Assembly (NCBI RefSeq): GCF_902713615.1
Contig: NC_052169.1
Span: 696,708-760,707, forward strand
Source: Scyliorhinus canicula
Taxonomy: Eukaryota
DNA length: 64,000 nucleotides
Direction of reading: 5' to 3'
The notes under the pieces are model-generated. The model had not been told where the DNA came from and searched no databases. It saw only the letters and a list, made by a program, of their open reading frames with translations. Below, piece after piece: positions 60,076 to 64,000 of this stretch (the stretch's first letter is position 1; each line of letters starts with the position of its first letter). The position numbers were made by a program, and so were the translations under genes.

Positions 60076-60760
60076 GTGTACAAACATTAAAACAGCAGCA
60101 AATAGGGTCAAAAATGGTAACAAGGCAAAATTAATGGTTCTTAAATGCATGTAGTATTCAGCACAAAATTAATGGCACAATTCAAGGTTAATGGGTGATC
60201 TTATAGCTGTTACATAAACATGATTACAGGGAGATCAAAACTGGGAACTAAATATTCAGGGGTTTGTGACTTTTCGTAAAGAAAGGCAAGAAGGAAAGGG
60301 TGGTGGGGTATCTTTGTTAGCACGAGAAGGAATAAGTACAATAGCAAGATATGATCTTGGATCAGAATATGTAGAATTCATATGGGTGTTGGTCAGAATT
60401 AACAAGGGGAAGACGACACCAGTGGGAGTAGTCTATGGCCCTAAACAAGTAGCTGCACTGTAGGATGGAGAATAAATCAGGAGATAGATAATAAAGGCCT
60501 GTAAAACACTTTAATCATGGTTGACTTTAATCTTCATGTAGATTGGGAAAATCAGAAGTAGCGACGAGGAATGTTTCGTAGAGTGTTTTCAGGACAGTTC
60601 CCTGGAACAATATGTTGTGGATCCAACCAGGGATCGGGCTATTTTGGATTTGGTAATATAATAAACAATCTGAGTAAACGTTCCCCGAGGAAACAGTGAC
60701 CATAACATGGTATAATTTAGCATTCAATTTGAGAGTGAGAAACTTGGGTTGGAAACAATT
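60076..60760 (+). mobile_element. CR1-clade LINE ORF2 N-terminal AP-endonuclease fragment
   Basis: Degenerate WELNIQG..FRKERQEGKGGGVSLL..VEFIWV..GVVYGP..DFN..FLEQYVVDPTRDRAILDLV. Confidence 0.85.
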
Positions 60761-60789
60761 GTGAAAATGTTTTTATTAAATTTTGTACA

Positions 60790-61016
60790 TTAGGGTTAGA
60801 TGGGGTTATTGGGTTACGGGGATAGGGTGGAAGTGAGGGCTTAAGGGGGTCGGTGCAGACCCGAAGGGCCGAATGGCCTCCTTCTGCACTGTATGTTCTA
60901 TGACACTGGGAGAATGTGCAAACTGCACACGGACAGTGACCTGGGGCCGGGATCGAACCTGGGTCCTCGGCACCCTGAGGCAGCAGTGCTAACCACTGTG
61001 CCACCGTGCTGCCCCC
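60790..61016. mobile_element. Two abutting SINE fragments in opposite orientation
   Basis: HE1 tail on + (60790-60902) followed by a SINE head on minus (60903-61016). Confidence 0.75.
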
Positions 61017-61206
61017 TTCTCCGGATGCTGAGCTGGATGTACCTGGAGTACGTGATGTCACTGCCTGAGACATACTCAGGATCGTATGGAGCGACAGGAG
61101 AAATGAACTGCGAATCCCCTCCAAGACCCACTCGTTACCCAGACACTCCCAACCCCCACCCTGCCACAGCATTTAAACACTGACAAAGTTCTTTTTACTC
61201 TCTCAG

Positions 61207-61405
61207 GGTCGGAGCTCTGCGATGTCTCCGAGGCCCTGGACCTGTTGTCAGCTCCTGAGCTCAAACTATTGGCTAAAAGCTTCCACCTGCGAACCCAGGG
61301 TCAGAGGGCAGAGATTCTGAAGTCCCTGCTACGTTTGGCCAAACAGCAATCGATCTTCAGCAGTAAACAGAAACCGTCCAGTCCCGGCCTCACCATCCTC
61401 AACAG
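61207..61405 (+). CDS. FAN1: FAN1 third coding exon (SAP domain); gene continues beyond the window
   Basis: ctctcag|; SELCDVSEALDLLSAPELKLLAKSFHL..LLRLAKQQSIF..ILNR matches FAN1 SAP region (LELLSAPELKSLAKTFHL); probable donor AG|GTCTTT is weak. Confidence 0.92.
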
Positions 61406-61509
61406 GTCTTTCAAAAGGCGACATTTTATCTTTGTACCATCTGCTGTTAGAGCAGAGCCGACACTGCCCAGTAGGAGGCAGCAGCGAGAGGCCGGGTGGC
61501 GGGGACTCT

Positions 61510-64000
61510 GCCCCAGGGAGGGGAGGGGCCGGGGAGGGGCCGGGGCGGCGGGGAGGGGGTCGGGGCAGCGGGGAGGGGGCGGGGCGGCGGGGAGGGGCCG
61601 GGGCGGCGGGGAGGGGGTCGGGGCAGCGGGGAGGGGCCGGGGCGGCGGGGAGGGGCGGGGAGGGGCCGGGTGGCGGGGAGGGGTCGGGGCGGCGGGGAGG
61701 GGCCGGGCGGCGGGGAGAGGGATCCGGGCGGCGGGGAGGGAGCCGGGCGGCGGGGAGGGGGGCCGGGCGGCGGGGAGGGGGCCGGGCGGCGGGGAGGGGT
61801 CAGGGCGGCGGGGAGGGGTCAGGGCGGCGGGGAGGGGGTCCGGGCGGCGGGGAGGGGTCAGGGCGGGGCGGGGAGGGGGGCCGGGCGGCGGGGAGGGGGT
61901 CCGGGCGGCGGGGAGGGTCCGGGCGGCGGGGAGGGGGGCCGGGCGGCAGGGAGGGTCCGGGCGGCGGGGAGGGGCCGGGCGGCGGGGAGGGGGTCCGGGC
62001 GGCGGGGAGGGTCCGGGCGGCGGGGAGGGGGCCGGGGGGGGGGGGCGGGGGAGGGAGGGCTCGGGCCGGGCGGGGAGGGTCAGGTGGGCGNNNNNNNNNN
62101 NNNNNNNNNNNNNNNNNNNNNNNNNNNNNNNNNNNNNNNNNNNNNNNNNNNNNNNNNNNNNNNNNNNNNNNNNNNNNNNNNNNNNNNNNNNNNNNNNNNN
62201 NNNNNNNNNNNNNNNNNNNNNNNNNNNNNNNNNNNNNNNNNNNNNNNNNNNNNNNNNNNNNNNNNNNNNNNNNNNNNNNNNNNNNNNNNNNNNNNNNNNN
62301 NNNNNNNNNNNNNNNNNNNNNNGGAGGGGTCCGGGTGGCGGGGAGGGGTCAGGGCTGCGGGGGGAGTGATTCAGGGCGGCGGGGAGGGGGGCCGGGCGGT
62401 GGGGAGGGGTCAGGGTGGCGGGGGGAGTGATTCAGGGCGGCGGGGAGGGGGTCCGGGTGGCGGGGAGGGGTCAGGGCTGCGGGGGGAGGGGGTCAGGGTG
62501 GCGGGGAGGGGTCAGGGTGGCGGGGAGGGGGGTGGGGTCCGGGTGGTGGGGAGGGGGTCCGGGTGGCGGGGAGGGGGTCAGGGTGGCGGGAGGGGAGTGG
62601 GGTCCCGGGTGGCGGGGATGGGGTCAGGGCCTGCGGGGGGAGGGGGTCAGGGTGGCGGGGAGGGGGGTCGGGGCGGCGGGGAGGGGGTCAGGGTGGCGGG
62701 GAGGGGGTCAGGGCGGCGGGGAGGGGGTCCGGGCGGCGGGGAGGGGGTCAGGGCGGCGGGGAGGGGGTCAGGGCTGCGGGGGGAGGGGGTCAGGGTGGCG
62801 GGGAGGGGGGTCGGGGGCGGGGGGGAGGGGGGTCGGGGCGGCGGGGAGGGGGTCAGGGTGGCGGGTGAGGGGGTCAGGGTGGCGGGGAGGGGGTCCGGGC
62901 GGCGGGGAGGGGGTCAGGGCGGCGGGAGGGGGTCAGGGCGGCGGGGAGGGGTCAGGGCGGCGGGGAGGGGGTCAGGGCGGCGGGGAGGGGGTCAGGGTGG
63001 CGGGGAGGGGAGTGGGGTCCGGGTGGTGGGGAGGGGGTCCGGGTGGCGGGGAGGGGGGCCGGGCGGTGGGGAGGGGAGGGGGGTCAGGGCGGCGGGGAGG
63101 GGTCCGGGCGGCGGGGGAGGGGGGCAGGGTGGCGGGGGGGGGAGTGGGGTCGGGTGGTGGGGGAGGGGGTCCGGGTGGCGGGGAGGGGGCACGGGCCGGG
63201 GGTGGGAGGAGGGAGGGGGTTCAGGGCGGTGGGGAGGGGTTCAGGGGGGCGGGGAGGTGGTAGGGGGGTCCGGTGGGTGGGGAGGGGGTGGGGCGGCGGG
63301 CGAGAGGGGGTCAGGGCGGCGGGAGGGGGTCGGGGCGGCGGGGGGAGGGGGTCGGTGGGCGGCGGGGGAGGGGTCGGGGCGGCGGGTGAGGGGGGGTCGG
63401 GGCGGCGGGGGGGAGGGGGTCGGGGCGCGGCGGGGGGAGGGGGTCGGTGGCTGGGGAGGTTGGTCGGGGGGGGGGGAGGGGGTCGGGGCGGGGGGGAGGG
63501 GGAGTCGGGGCGGCGGGGAGGGGGGGGTCGGGGCGGGCGGGGGGAGGGGTCGGGGCGGCGGGGGATGGGGGCGGGCGGCGGGGGGGGGAGGGGGTCGGGG
63601 CGGCGGGGGGAGGGGGGAGGGGCGGCGGGGGGAGGGGGGAGGGGCGGCGGGGGGAGGGGGGAGGGGCGGCGGGGAGGGGGGTCGGGGCGGCGGGGGGGAG
63701 GGGGTAGGGGCGGCGGGGGAGGGGGTCAGGGCGGCGGGGAGGGGTCAGGGTGGCGGGGGAGGGGGTCAGGGCGGCGGGGAGGGGTCGGGGTGGTGGGGAG
63801 GGGTCGGGCGGCGGGGAGGGGGTCGGGGCGGCGGGGGGAGGGGGTCGGGGCGGCGGGGGAGGGGGTCGGGGCGGCGGGGAGGGGGTCAGGGCGGAGGGGA
63901 GGGGGGTCGGGGCGGCGGGGAGGGGTCAGGGTGGCGGGGAGGGGGTCAGGGCGGCGGGGAGGGGGTCAGGGCGGCGGGGGGAGGGGGTCAGGGCGGCGGG
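61510..64000. repeat. Extremely G-rich ~19-20-bp minisatellite (gggcggcggggaggggtca) in FAN1 intron
   Basis: Degenerate tandem periodicity running to the window end. Confidence 0.93.
62091..62322. other. Assembly gap (232 N)
   Basis: Run of n inside the G-rich array. Confidence 1.

Noticed and set aside
58420-60154. Three ~560-aa Arg/Gly/Ser-rich ORFs
   Set aside because: The 20-bp unit cycles through all frames without stops; it lies in a FAN1 intron and has no splice signals.

Overview
Vertebrate nuclear DNA, almost certainly a shark (elasmobranch; inferred from HE1-type V-SINEs and CR1/HER1 LINEs). The region is GC-rich and looks subtelomeric, and roughly 30 kb of the 64 kb is minisatellite. 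Two spliced genes lie in tandem on the + strand. MPHOSPH10 (MPP10) is complete: 11 coding exons, 14384-49236, 2034 nt CDS = 677 aa, all junctions GT-AG and in phase. FAN1 is represented by its first three coding exons (51891-61405) and continues past the window. The most unusual observation is the FAN1 5' end. Its first coding exon keeps a basic NLS-like start and the conserved PYYL...NLS C-terminal segment, but has no recognisable UBZ4 zinc finger or SPYF motif; an in-frame ~190-aa Gly/Arg/Pro minisatellite (GRGEGPGGL)n occupies that space. The ATG is directly preceded by ~30 tandem 26-bp units, nearly all carrying a CCAAT box. Other contents: a 12.3-kb 17-bp minisatellite in MPHOSPH10 intron 8, candidate minus-strand first exons (one divergent from MPHOSPH10, near an RFX X-box), an ancient internally deleted Gypsy element, CR1, RTE, Rex1-like and L1-like LINE fragments, MITEs, many SINEs (some nested), and a 232-N assembly gap. 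Most long ORFs in the ORF track are repeat artefacts. Homology calls are from memory of the protein families, not from a database search.
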